A DNA stretch of 63,763 bases, filler included, from Octopus bimaculoides (GCF_001194135.2; 7 parts of 4 records of this genome joined end to end with filler, not necessarily neighbours in it), one strand, 5' to 3'; counted from the first letter of the whole stretch, positions 11,901-24,992 are shown. Notes: generated by a model from the letters alone, not told the origin. Translations and numbers: made by a program.

Positions 11901-12635
11901 TCTTTAAGCGGTACTCCAGCATGGTCACAATCAAATAACTGAAACCAGTAAAAGAATATATAATAAAAAAACTATGTAATATATATACGTGATATACATC
12001 TTGCGCGTGCAAGCACACACTCACACATCCACACAAGTGCGCGCACACACATATTCTCTATATTACGAGCAAAGCATTTTCGGATCGATGGCACGGTGAC
12101 ACGAAGTCACGAACAATGATTCTGGAGAACATCGATGCAAACTTAATAATATTTACAACAGTACAACTGGTCCAGTTCTATATCAATACAACCCCGGCCA
12201 ACTTGCTAGAAATAGTAAACAAATGATTCCTCGATTCAAAATATACTGTATTGAATCATGTACTTCTTAGATATTCTGTGTCTGCAAGAACAGTAATAAG
12301 TCAGTATAAATAAGATCTTTTGCCGATAGGCCTGCTTAATCGAGGCTGTCCTCGGGCCAAGCAAGATCACGATATATATATATATANNNNNNNNNNNNNN
12401 NNNNNNNNNNNNNNNNNNNNNNNNNNNNNNTTAATTAATTAANNNNNNNNNNNNNNNNNNNNNNNNNNNNNNNNNNNNNNNNNNNNTATATATATATATA
12501 TATTCAAAAATGAATTAGAAACAGCTCAAGGTATCTAATCAAGGATGGTTGAGTGTGCAACGCTTTTGTTGCAGGTGTTTTTATACCTTTTTTGTCTCCA
12601 GCGAGAATATATACAGTTGTGAAAAACCATTTCAC

Positions 12636-12980
12636 GTGTTCTATCTCGTACCTCTCAAGTTCCTAGAGTTTATTCCGGGTCGTTCGAGCCGTATGAGGCC
12701 TTGCGTTGTCTTGCTGCAGAAGAATTCGCTTTTTGTTAACCAATGCAGGGTATTTTTATCCGCATAATTATATACATCCGCTCCAGCTGTTCAGAGCACA
12801 GGTCAGCATCGATGGTTCAAACGTCCGGAATGATCACATAGAGAATTATCCCTTCATAATTCCACCAGACCCAGAGCGTCACCTGGTGTTCGAAACGTCC
12901 ATGTTTAGCGACAGGTTCCGGAAGCTGGCCTTTGCTTAACCACTGCTTGAGCAAGTAATGATTGCGAAAAAATATCCGTC
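12636..12980 (-). mobile_element. Mariner transposase catalytic-domain fragment (second family)
   Basis: - strand motifs LWVWWN, TIDADL, PALVNKKRILLQQDNARPHTARTT; disrupted. Confidence 0.85.
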
Positions 12981-13334
12981 TCAGATTATTACTACACTGA
13001 AAATGAGATTAACCAATTGCAACAATAACGTCAAAATCTACAACGAAGAAACCTCTACGTGGCCGCTCAACATGGTAAAGATAGCAGCCAAATTTCCTTC
13101 AACTCTGCTGTCTTTAAAAAAGAATGGAAGGTCGCAATGGATAATGTAGCCTTGCATACACTTTAAATAAAGCAATGATAATGTAGTGATGACTAGTGAT
13201 GAAAATGTAGTGATGACTTTAGATTGAAGATTTATTTAATCAGTGTAGCTCTGAGGCAAGTAACAAGAACAGTAATAACAACGTTATTGACGACAACTTC
13301 TGTACCAATAATCGTTTCCAGCATAGACACAAGC

Positions 13335-14575
13335 CCTGAAGTGGGGAGAAATAGTTGATTGTATCGACCTAGTATTTGACTGATTACTTTTATCGACGTT
13401 AGAGGAATGAAAATCAAAGTTGACCTCGGTGGGATTTGTACTGAGATCGTAAAGAACCGGAAGAAATATCGTAAGGCATTGTTGACCGACACCAATCCAA
13501 CGCTCTTTAATGGTTTCTTATTCAAGCACACTGCAAACAATTTTGAGTCAAGGTGGTTAGTAGGTGCCTTCAATCCCAGTCTCGTACGTGACTCGTGTTT
13601 GAGTTTATCGACCCTGAAGGGATGAAAGTCAAAGCTGAATTCGACAGAATTTGAACCGAGAACCCATAAGATATCCCGCAAGACGTTCTAACGATTCTGC
13701 CAATCCACCGCTCCTTGCACTAATAATGATTTCAAATTTTGGCTCAAGGCCAGTAATTTCGGGGCAAGATGTAGCTAAATTAAATTTGACCCCAGTGCTC
13801 AACTGGCACTTATTTTATCGATCTCGAAAGGATGAAAGGCAAAATCAACCTCAGCGGAATTTGAACTCAGAACGTAAAGACGAACGAAATACAGCTAAGC
13901 ATTTTGCCCGGCGTGCTAACAATTCTGCCAGCTCATTGCCTTTACCTCTGCACTAATAATAACGGTCATTAATTTAGGCACAACGCAAGCAGTTTTAAGG
14001 GGAGAGAAATAAGTCATATCATCGATCCCCAATGTTCGGCTGATTCTAATTTTATCGACCCTGGAGGGATGAAAGGCAAAGCTGACCATGGGCGTGATTT
14101 GAAACCATCACATAAAAAACTGGAATAAATATCACAGGGCACTTTTTTTCCGACGCGCTAACGATTCTATCAGCCCCTGATTTAAGCACAATGTCAGTAA
14201 TTTTGTGGGGATGGTGTTAGTCGATATTATCGACCTCAGTTTTTGAATGGTACTTTATTTAATCGTCCCCCAAAGGATGAAGGGCAAAATTGACCTCGGC
14301 GGAATTTGAACTCAAGAGTACAAAGACGGACAAAATGCCGCTGAGTGTTTTGTTCGGCGCGCTGACGATTCTACCAACTCACCGTAATGACAATAATTCT
14401 CTCTAATTTTGGCACAAGGCCAGCAATTCTTAAAGAGAGAGAGATGAGTTGATTACATGAACACCAGTACTTGACTGGTACTTTATTTTATCGATCGAAA
14501 GGATGAAAAGCAAAGTCTATCAGGAAGAAATTTGACCTCGAATCGTAATTAGAACTGGAAGAAATACCGCAAAAC
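13335..14575 (-). mobile_element. Stack of about six co-oriented group-B SINE copies
   Basis: Repeated ...TTTATCGAC(C)CC..AAGGATGAAAGGCAAA..GACCTC..CGGAATTTGAACTC... units at ~13335, 13515, 13725, 13955, 14180 and 14395, each differently diverged and separated by short TAA-rich spacers. Confidence 0.85.
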
Positions 14576-17500
14576 CTAACCTTTGCACTAATAATCAGAA
14601 ATCTAACCTCAAGTTTTATCAGTGTACATCCCACCCTTAACCTTTTTAACACTTTTGTTTTCCGTTCCCTTTTTATTATTTATTCTTTCTTAATTATTTT
14701 CGATCAGGTGTTCCGACATGATTAGATATTTATTCTTGTGTGTAACTACACATTAATGTTTATTAATTCTTTTTTTTTTTTAAATTAATATTTCTCTCTC
14801 TCCGTATCGCTTTGTCTCATTCTTTTTATTTCTCTTTTTATTTGTTCACGCTTGCTCTCTCTCTCTCTCTCACTGCGTTTCTCTGTCCTTGTCTGTCTGT
14901 CTGCTTGTCTGTCTCTGTCTGTCTATTTCTCCCTCCCCCCTCTCTCTCTCTCTCTCTTATTCCTTATTCTTTGCATTATGTTCCCTTATGTTATTCTTCA
15001 AAGTGTTTCCGTAAGCTAACGGTGGTCAAATCATTCGCTATCTTTCTTTTTCTAGCTGCTTCGTAAGAAGAAAGAAAACAACGAAATACAAGTAAAACAT
15101 AGACAACAGCAGAATCAATAAAACTCTTTCTTTTTCTCTCGCNNNNNNNNNNNNNNNNNNNNNNNNNNNNNNNNNNNNNNNNNNNNNNNNNNNNNNNNNN
15201 NNNNNNNNNNNNNNNNNNNNNNNNNNNNNNNNNNNNNNNNNNNNNNNNNNNNNNNNNNNNNNNNNNNNNNNNNNNNNNNNNNNNNNNNNNNNNNNNNNNN
15301 NNNNNNNNNNNNNNNNNNNNNNNNNNNNNNNNNNNNNNNNNNNNNNNNNNNNNNNNNNNNNNNNNNNNNNNNNNNNNNNNNNNNNNNNNNNNNNNNNNNN
15401 NNNNNNNNNNNNNNNNNNNNNNNNNNNNNNNNNNNNNNNNNNNNNNNNNNNNNNNNNNNNNNNNNNNNNNNNNNNNNNNNNNNNNNNNNNNNNNNNNNNN
15501 NNNNNNNNNNNNNNNNNNNNNNNNNNNNNNNNAATTGTGAAACCATAGAGTCCAGTCACTTACACAACAAACAACAAACAACAACAACAACAACAACAAC
15601 CATAATAATGTGAGGCGTATGGATTAATCACAAACACTGAATTGTCGTTTGTTTCCTTCATTTTAATGTTGTTTTGTTTTATTAGACAGGAGAATATTTC
15701 TTAGAACTTAACGAAAGGCCTCGTCTTTTCTTTCCCCTCCTAAATTTCCCATCGGCCACTGTTATATTCCCTTTACAATGGTAGACTTCTAATTTATGTA
15801 AATAAAGTGGTTTCTAATTGAATTTTATTGGCAGAGAATGCTAGCTGTTTTCTCTTTGTTAATTCTTGTGATCTTAATGGATGACCGCTTCTCAAAGATA
15901 TCATCGCTTACGATTAAATTTATATTCTAAAAGAGTTCCCACTTAAAATTTATATCCCATTCTTCCTCCTCTTCCCTCCATCGTATAAGCAGACAACAGC
16001 TATTCTTCGTCGACAAATCTGTTTTCCTTTCATCTCAACATATCGACAGCCGATGTCTTTTCTTAGTGGTATGCCTTCAAACAACAAAGTCATGTGTAAT
16101 ATGTCTATAGCTTGCAGAATTTGACAGCGAACTACAGTGGCCTCTTGCCTCAAATAAGAAGAGAAAGTCAATCACGTATATTAGGTAAAACTGTTATTTG
16201 AGTCATACGGTCGTATTGGAAAAGTTACAACAGAAACGAAATGAACATTCAACAGTGTTTGCCATAGATTCGTTAACAACAAACCAAGACAACAAACCAA
16301 GAAGTCGTTCGTTCGTATTCTGTTAACCAAAAACATCAAATTTAGTGTTCACATAATTGATACTAAGAACATGAATATGTTGATTTGAAATAATTATACC
16401 TGAGAGAAAAGTAAAAATCATTGTTATTCACTGTTTAATGTTATTTAATTCTTTCAGCAACTACGGAAGAAAACTCAAAATATTTCCATTATTGTTAGCC
16501 CCACCACCACCACCACCACCACAGCGTGGCATAAATTTCGGCGTACTCTTCACACTAGACAATCACAAAGGCAATCACTCGTACAATATTGTATAAGTAA
16601 GTGCATATAGAGTTATATTCACATCTTTAATAAATATCCATTTCTTATCGTTTTGAAAATAGATCCGCAGTATAGCTACACGGCTTTCGTGAGCTTGGGC
16701 AAGGGATAGAACCGAGATGTTTCGTTTTTTTATTTAAAACACATCTTCCAAGGGACAGAGAAAACAACTAGTGACATAGAATTTCTGAAAATATAAACAA
16801 AATTTTGTCAGGCAGTACAAAATTGCTACAGTATTATACAGTGTGTGTGCGTGTGTGTGTGTGTGCTCACGCACACGCGCATGTGTACGTACGTGTACAC
16901 ATACATACAAGCATATGTACGCACGTGTGTATGTTTTTGATTATATTTTTAGAATTTCTCATCAAAGTGTTGGTTTCTAGACTAAAACGCGGCTCTCAAG
17001 GCAGTTAATCACGTAGTTAAGTACTGCAAAAATTATTGCATATATGCATGCATATATTGCACGTTCGCAATGATATATANNNNNNNNNNNNNNNNNNNNN
17101 NNNNNNNNNNNNNNNNNNNNNNNNNNNNNNNNNNNNNNNNNNNNNNNNNNNNNNNNNNNNNNNNNNNNNNNNNNNNNNNNNNNNNNNNNNNNNNNNNNNN
17201 NNNNNNNNNNNNNNNNNNNNNNNNNNNNNNNNNNNNNNNNNNNNNNNNNNNNNNNNNNNNNNNNNNNNNNNNNNNNNNNNNNNNNNNNNNNNNNNNNNNN
17301 NNNNNNNNNNNNNNNNNNNNNNNNNNNNNNNNNNNNNNNNNNNNNNNNNNNNNNNNNNNNNNNNNNNNNNNNNNNNNNNNNNNNNNNNNNNNNNNNNNNN
17401 NNNNNNNNNNNNNNNNNNNNNNNNNNNNNNNNNNNNNNNNNNNCTAAAAGGGATTTTGCAGGAGATAGTTTTCTTCTCCCTTAAGCTTTTGTCTCATTTT

Positions 17501-17691
17501 ATTATTCATTTATTTTTATTTTTTATTTCATTTTCTTATCAACACTCTTCACTAATGCATGGTACTAATCTACCGATATTTATTTCTCTTTGAATAGCGC
17601 TCAAAATTTCTCTATAAAAGTAAAAATATCATTAGCCATATCTCTTCTGATTCTAGCAAGCAGCATCTCATGCCCAATATATATATGCATA

Positions 17692-17920
17692 GGGTTGCGT
17701 ACTGGCAGAATCGTTAGCACGCCAGGCAAAATGCTTAGCGGTATTTCGTCTGCCGTTACGTTCTGAGTTCAAATTCCGCCGCGGTCGACTTTGCCGTTCG
17801 TCTTTTCGGGGTCGATTAAATAAGTACTAGTTACGCACTGGAGTCACTGTAATCGACTTAATCCCTTTGTCTATCCTTGTTTGTCACCTCTATGTTTAGC
17901 CCCATGTGGACAATAAATAA
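17692..17920 (+). mobile_element. Group-B SINE with the alternative (CCCTTTGTCTGTCC...AATAAA) 3' tail
   Basis: Very similar to 22074-22306. Confidence 0.92.
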
Positions 17921-18009
17921 ATTAATATATATATGCATAGAAACATACATACATACATGCATGCATATTTGCATATACACATACACGCGTACACGCATTG
18001 GTTCATATA

Positions 18010-18630
18010 TACACACATACATGGTGATTGCTCCATCTTCACAGATGATTGCCGTCTCCTTGTGCTTTCCCGTTGCCAATGGCATTCCTGACTTTCCATC
18101 CATGACTTCTCGGATGACAACTAGTCCCGCTGCAGATCTGCATGGTTTGAAGAATCGGTGACAGACCAAAGTTGTAACTTACTGTGCGCTTCCAGCTGGT
18201 TAGGTCAGCACATATCACCACTTTTCCATTGCTATAGGATTTTCAGAGATCACCATAAAAAGACATCTGTACGTCATTGGATTATAGTGATAAACCCTTG
18301 TGCAACACCAGGACTAATCTCTGAGCCTCTGTGATTAGAGCCGACTGACAGGCCGAAGCGAGATGACCAATAATAATCTGAAACAGCAAGTTTTTACATC
18401 AAAGTGTTCCTCTCCTAGAAGGATACTGCAACAACACCTAGGGGTCACTCACTCCCGGTGGTTTTATTGCGCGCCCTGACACTAATGAAGGGTCTTTCTG
18501 CGATTTCTCTCTCGAGTGGAATGTCATCACATAGGCTGAGACTCTTTGAGTTGGAGTAGACCTGGGAGTAACAGTGGCTAACAGGTGGTTCCGCACTCCT
18601 CAGAACCCTAGAACTCCCAAACCAGAGCCT
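18010..18630 (-). mobile_element. Probable internally deleted RTE-type non-LTR element
   Basis: - strand has RTE-like 5'-region motifs (GTTACTCCCAGGTCTACTC; CTAGGAGAGGAACACTTTGATGTAAAAAC) and a degenerate C-terminal-like stretch (SAAGLVVIREVMDGK); both flanks are (TATG)n-like. Confidence 0.4.
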
Positions 18631-19121
18631 CATTACGTACGTACATACATACATACATACATACATACATACATACATACAGACAGACAGATAGACACAT
18701 ACATACACACACATACATACGTATATACATACACGCGCACGTACATACATACACATACATACACACATACATACGCACATACATACATGCACATACATTT
18801 GTTCGACTGAAAACCCTTCAAGGCGGTGCCCCAGCATGGTCGCAGTCAAATGATTGAAGCAAATAAAAGATTGAAAAATATCGTAATGCTAAATAATTTT
18901 CTAAAATATTTATACTTATTTGCAGACCCGAGACCTAGGGGTGAAGGTGTTGCTCGCCAGGTCGTCGTCTCTATTCTCAGGCCGGGCAATGTACGGTATT
19001 CTTGAGGGAAATGAATTCCAGCAATATCTGAGAGAAGGTAATCACGTGAGCGACCGGAATTCCCCTTCGGAGTGGGGGACTGTTGTAGTATTCTCATTCA
19101 CTTATACCCCAGGGATGTATG

Positions 19122-19383
19122 GGTGGAAGCGCGTGGCTTAGTGGTTAGGTTCGTTGGTTAGTTGGACTCATGATCGTAAGATAGTGGTTTCGATTCCTAG
19201 ACCGGGAGAAACGTTCTGTTAGTGAGTAAAACACTTCATTTCACGTTGTTCCAGTCCAGTCAGCAGGCAAAAATGCGACGGACGGGCGTTCTGTCTAGGT
19301 GGGGAACATATATGCCATGAAAACCAGGAAACCGGCCCTAATGAGTCGGTATGACTCGAGAAGGTAACTTTACTTTACCTTTA
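19122..19383 (+). mobile_element. tRNA-derived SINE, group C, with a 12-bp target-site duplication
   Basis: A box GTGGCTTAGTGG, B box GGTTTCGATTCC, core CACTTCATTTCACGTTG, (CTTTA)-like tail; TSD CAGGGATGTATG at 19110-19121 and 19384-19395. Confidence 0.88.
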
Positions 19384-19409
19384 CAGGGATGTATGAGTGC
19401 TACAATAGT

Positions 19410-19704
19410 GAAGGCGTTTGGCTTAGTGGTCAGGGTATTCCGCTCACGATCTTGATTTCGATTCTCGGTGGTGCGTTGTGTCCTTAAGCGATGCATTTTA
19501 CTTCACGTTGCTCCAAGCTCCTTCAGCTTGCAAAAATGAGTAATACCTGTATTTCAAAGGACCAGCCTTGTCACATTCTGGATATCACGCTTAATTTCCC
19601 CTGAGAACGACGTCAAGAGTACGCGTGTCTATGAAGTGTTCAACCAGGCTGTTCTGCTGATTGGATCAGCTGGAACTCTCGTCGTCGCAACCGACGGACT
19701 ACCA
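19410..19704 (+). mobile_element. Group-C SINE with the ...CTCGTCGTCGCAACCGACGG tail
   Basis: Head TGGCTTAGTGG...TTTCGATTC; body homologous to 44792-45117 on the opposite strand. Confidence 0.85.
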
Positions 19705-20097
19705 ATTTAGAGTCCTAGGGCTCATGACAGACATAAGTCTTAGTAGATGATGTTCTCTGGCGTAGTGTGAGTTTGCAGGGTGTACAGTCCGCACTGGACG
19801 GTCACTTCAGCTACGTGTAGTTGCTGTGGTTATGCTTAAGCAAGGGGACACCAATTCGGCCACAGTAGAAGACAACCCAGACCCATGCTACGCTACTGAT
19901 CACACGTACAGTATAATGTGGTATAGAACATATCTACAAATATTTATACATACTTCTATAGATAGATATATAGATATTTATAGATATGTTTAACACTACA
20001 TCATAGAAAATAAAAAGAAAAGCCATTAACATAACAGTAATTTCGTGTGTGTGTGCATGTGTGTGTGAGTGTGCATGTGTGTGCGTATTTACGTAAG

Positions 20098-20144
<47 letters not shown>

Positions 20145-20244
20145 NNNNNNNNNNNNNNNNNNNNNNNNNNNNNNNNNNNNNNNNNNNNTTAATTAATTAA
20201 NNNNNNNNNNNNNNNNNNNNNNNNNNNNNNNNNNNNNNNNNNNN

Positions 20245-20365
<121 letters not shown>

Positions 20366-21290
20366 TATACGCACAACAAATTAGATGGTTGGAAAAGAAA
20401 AATTCCTAACAAGTAACCTTAGATGCCAAGAACCCCCTTAAGTACCCTTGCCATTCCTAGTAACACTGTTTTCTGGAGCTTTACTAAATTAGGTATTATG
20501 CCTATTTCCTCTAGCCATCTGTTCAAATCTTTAGGGATAGTCCCAAATGCATTTTTAACTACTGGGATACATTTTACCAGCACTCTCCGTAGTCTCTGTA
20601 ATTTAATGTCTAGAGCCTGGTACTTTATTATTTCCTCTTTACCTCTGATCTTGATTTTCTGTCATTTGGGAATGTAAAGTAAAATATCTGGTACTTTCTA
20701 TTCTCTTTATCTTCTAGTACTCAATTAGGCCTTCTAGATTCTATTTCTCTGTCAGTCTGAACGTTAAAGTCCCACAACATCTTATATTTCTTACCTTCTA
20801 GTACTTTACTAGGTTCATGCTCATACCATTTATCAGTAAGCTCAAATCCTAGCTTTCTACATAATTCCCAGTGGATTACTCTCCCTAGGTTGTCATATCT
20901 TTTCTTGTATTCTTTCTGTGCCAGCATGCTACATTCACTTATATGGGTAACACTTTCCTCTTTTGATTTGCATACCTACAATGGGAATCTACTTGATTTT
21001 TGTCTATCTTGGCTTTTATTCAATTAGTCCATAATGCTTGATTTTGTGCTGCCACTAACAAACTTTCTGTCTCCCTTTGTAACCTCCCTTTCTGTAACCA
21101 TAAACTTGTATCATTACTACTACTTGCTGCAACTATCTTTGGGTATTTACCATGCAAAGTCTTCTCCTGCAAATCAGATAACTTTTGTTCTTTTTTCTAG
21201 TTTGTAACTTCATTTGGCGTTTTGGTTTCCCTATGTCCTGCTGTGACTCTAGCAGCTCTTAGTGAACTTTCTTCACTATTACGTACATAT
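20366..21290 (-). mobile_element. 5'-truncated RLE-type LINE (R4/Dong-like): zinc knuckle plus restriction-like endonuclease
   Basis: - strand KTLHGKYP, ETESLLVAAQNQAL, ECSMLAQKEYKKRYDNLGRVIHWELC, KWYEHEP, LWDFNVQTDREIESRRP, LQKTVLLGMARVLKGVLGI* (stop 20419-20421); (TAA)n tail. Confidence 0.92.
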
Positions 21291-22073
21291 TTTTTTTATT
21301 ACTTACGGATTGAAAAAATACATCATTGAAAGGTTAACAAGTGGTGTTAAAGGTTAACAAGTGGTGTATAAGAATGCACTAATGATATTTACAGATCTTA
21401 ATATTATTGTTTCCTGGAAGATCTCTTATTTTCATTTTTATACGTAATTTATCAATGTTATCACAACAATGCTTGCGTATCATCGTAGTTGAACTAAAAT
21501 TACAAATGGGATGATGAACATTGTCTTTAAGTTCCATAATGTTTTTACTCTAGCTGCTTCTCTGCTAGCTTCCGTTTATTATTATAGTGACTTGGTGTTG
21601 CTTGATTATTAATATACTTTTGTCATTTTTGTTGTGGTAAATGACGTCAGGTATTATACGTGCTATCTAGTTGTCTACTTGTATTATAAAGATTGATAGT
21701 ATTTTTGCATTATTGCTTCCTAAGGTGACGTTTATTATAAGTCCGACAGAGTTTTTTTTTCTCGAAGTAGTTGAAATTAAGTAGCTTGGCGCATCTAAAG
21801 CAGTTTTGCTACGTTATTGTGTCTCCGAGTTTTTTTTTTTTGTCGGAGTTAGTCTAGGGCATCTTAATACAATATAATGGAGTATTCCAGACAAAAAAAA
21901 AACACAGCATCGTCAGAAGTTTAAAACTTGTATGTAATAATTGTGAGTATTCTTTTCAATATAGCTAGAGGTTAATGTTTTGTTCTTGTATTGAAAATGT
22001 CATTCATTTGTTCATCTAGACCAATGTTAAATGTTTTATTTATATATGAAACATCAAGTTCTTAGAAGTATTG

Positions 22074-22306
22074 TAAGGCGGCGAGCTGGCAGAAACGTTA
22101 GCACGACGGGCGAAATGCTTAGCAGTATTTCATCTGCCGTTACGTTCTGAGTTCAAATTCCGCTGAGGTCGACTTAGTCTTTCATCTTTTCGTGGTCGAT
22201 AAATTAAGTACCAGTTACGCACTGGGGTCGATGTAATCGACTTAATCCCTTTGTCTGTCCTTGTTTGTCCCCTCTATGTTTAGCCCTTTATGGGCAATAA
22301 AGAAAT
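22074..22306 (+). mobile_element. Full-length group-B SINE with an 18-bp TSD, nested in the Penelope-like remnant
   Basis: TSD AAGTTCTTAGAAGTATTG at 22056-22073 and 22307-22324; head GGCGGCGAGCTGGCAGAAACGTTAG, B box GAGTTCAAATTCC. Confidence 0.96.
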
Positions 22307-23313
22307 AAGTTCTTAGAAGTATTGGTCATGTAAAGGCATGTCTTTACGGTCGTTCAACATGTTGACCTATATGCCATCAGTATTCCTAATTTTACAGCTG
22401 CTTTAGAAAAAGGTTTAACTACTTTGAAAACAGATTTAATCTCTTGAGATTATTTTGCTGTTGCTGTCCTAATCAAGTTGCTAATATAGAGTGGCCATAC
22501 TAAAATAATGGGACTTAGCCTTCTTGCGGGTTGGAAAGATAATAGGCAACAACAATAACTGCCATATTATACTGATTTATGGTAGTTGATAGTTCCTTAA
22601 CCTCTTCAGTTCTAAAAATCTACAGTCGGTGAGTGACAGATTATTATGTTTCATGTAGTGCTTTATTTCATAAGATTAAATCTGTTAATATAGAATTTAT
22701 ATGTATTACTATAGTCCAGTATTACAGAGCCGTATAGACTAAATGTTATTTTCTGTGTTTTAATAATTTAGATGATATTTTGTTACTGTTTACGGAATCT
22801 ACGTATGTTACTTGTAATCCATATAGTACAAATTCGTATAATATAACTGATATTTCCAATGTATTAATTGTACTGATTAGATTCTTAGTGTTACTATCTA
22901 TAGAAAACATATATTACTAACAGTCTAGAACCGTATATTATAGTTGGCACTGCCAATGTATCGATTGTACAGATAGTGACTTTTGCAGAATTCATTGAGT
23001 TGAGGGAAAAATATGGGGCCAAGGATGATTTTCCTTTACATTTTTCAAGGGTTGACATAATGTACCATTATTGGAATCCGTCTAATCGATTAAAAATCTT
23101 CCATAACATATGAAGTCCTGTGCCTATTTCTAGCCATACATGTTAGTTATAATAATATATTATTATATCGATTTATATAAATATATCTAAATATTGTTGT
23201 TGTTCTTGGGGACGGTCATATTGCCAGTTTAGCCAATAAAAACACACGCACGGTATATTTGGTGTTAATTTGCTTCAGCTTTATATTACATTATATTACA
23301 TTAATCCTATTTC

Positions 23314-23358
23314 GGCCAGAGTTCTTTCGTCACACTTCTGTGACCTCATCAGTGGTCC
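23314..23358 (-). ncRNA. Minimal type-I hammerhead ribozyme motif
   Basis: GGACCA-CTGATGA-G-GTCACA(GAAG)TGTGAC-GAA-AG(AA)CT-C-TGGCC: full core, 6-bp stem II, 2-bp stem III, CUC cleavage triplet, stem I CCA/TGG plus GG/CC. Confidence 0.85.
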
Positions 23359-23417
23359 TTTGTTTTCTTCTTTCTTATGTGTGTCTCACCTTGCTAACTA
23401 TCAGCCATTTTGTCAAA

Positions 23418-23462
23418 GGACCACTCATGAGGTCACAGAAGTGTGACGAAAGAACTCTGGCT
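23418..23462 (+). ncRNA. Inverted hammerhead copy with a core mutation (CTCATGA), probably inactive
   Basis: Matches 23314-23358 except G5>C in the core and C>T at the last base. Confidence 0.7.
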
Positions 23463-24424
23463 GAAATAGGATTAATGTAATATAATGTAATATAAAGCTG
23501 AAGCAAATTAACATCAAATATACAGTGCGTGTGTTTTTATTGGCTAAACTGGCAATATGACCATCCTCAAGTACAACAACATCTGTTTCAACATACGATT
23601 TCACATCAAAAATCTTGCAAAACAAATATATCTAAATATTATTATATTGATATATAACTTTGTATATTCTAATGAAGAAGGCTATGGGCCAGCACCTTTT
23701 TTTGTGTTTTTCATTATATTTCTTCACTGTTGACCATTAATCAGTTACCTCCTTGATGAGTTATTAAAGACGTTCTTACCATTGGCAAGTAATTAGAAAG
23801 TATTTATTAAACATCTGTTTCATTCTCATTTCTAAGTAATTTATTCTAATTGATTTATCATTCTCAAATATGGCAATTCATCTATGACCATGCACATCAC
23901 AAACATACTTTTCTTACTGTCTGTACTATATTTTGTTCTTCACTGTTCATGGTAAAATCATTTTGTGTTAGTGACAAATAGCTTGGTTATATACATTTTG
24001 CGTTCAACAATATTCTTTCGATATTCAAGATAATACATCCATTGTACTTAAGACACGTTATTCATTCAATGAATGAAATCAGTCACTCTTTTCCATTGCT
24101 ACCGAGAGGGTTTCGTTGTATTTCTCTATAACTTGCAATTTTGGGGACTTGGCGGCCATTATTGTCAAATTTAGAAAAATGTGTCTTTCCATATTTTCAG
24201 TGACATCCTCTTTGCATTTGCAGTCTCTTAAAATCCAATCCGTCAGTATTTTTGTTCAGATGTTGTCATTTGTCATTATAATTCTGAGATTTGAATGATT
24301 TAGGGAAAATTTTCAGTTCATGTGAACTGAATAAAAATGTCCGAGTTTCAATACATGTTGAAAGAATTTGCTTTCATTTATCCACAACAGTTGAAGCTCA
24401 GGGGGAAGTAAATTATATGATTTA

Positions 24425-24467
<43 letters not shown>

Positions 24468-24556
24468 CTTGTATACACACAGACACACACACTCACACAC
24501 ACACACACACACACATACACCCCCCCACACACATATATATATATATNNNNNNNNNN

Positions 24557-24712
24557 TGTCTTTCAGTTTCCATCTACGAAATCCACTTACAAGGCTTTGG
24601 TCGGCCCTAGGCTATAGTAGAAGATACTTGCCCAAGGTGCCACGCAGTGGGACTGAACCCAGAGCCCTGTGGTTGGTAAGCAAGCTACTTACCACACAAC
24701 CACCCCTGCGCC
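24557..24712 (-). mobile_element. Group-A SINE 5' half
   Basis: TCTTTCAGTTTCCATCTACGAAATCCAC...GGGACTGAACCC...CCTGCGCC. Confidence 0.9.
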
Positions 24713-24716
24713 TATG

Positions 24717-24747
<31 letters not shown>

Positions 24748-24992
24748 ATGTGTGTATGTATAAAATTCCATTACAATACAATTATTTCCACTTTTATCTT
24801 TTTCATTAGGGAAATTCTCATAGTCATATCTAAACATGCAACCGACATAAAAGTTTAGCACGTGGATTTTGAATTATAAGGTTGATGTTCAAAGGTGTAG
24901 GCAGTGAAGCCTATAGAAATTTGGCCACAATAAAACAAACTCACACGTAGCTGCTGACGTGAAAACTTAATGGACGTAAAAACGTTTGACAT

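Larger units (their letters stand above)
21330..23630 (-). mobile_element. Heavily decayed Penelope-like element with pLTR and an upstream inverted pLTR copy
   Basis: - strand remnants RRLSPIILVWP (22492-22530), VVKPFSK and KNTHNY resemble PLE RT motifs. ~165-bp inverted repeat 23197-23362 / 23412-23585, each arm carrying a hammerhead motif. Confidence 0.65.

Noticed and set aside
13335-14575. Regularly spaced repeats superficially like a CRISPR or satellite array
   Set aside because: Units are ~200-bp diverged SINEs, not short identical repeats with unique spacers; eukaryotic context and no cas genes.
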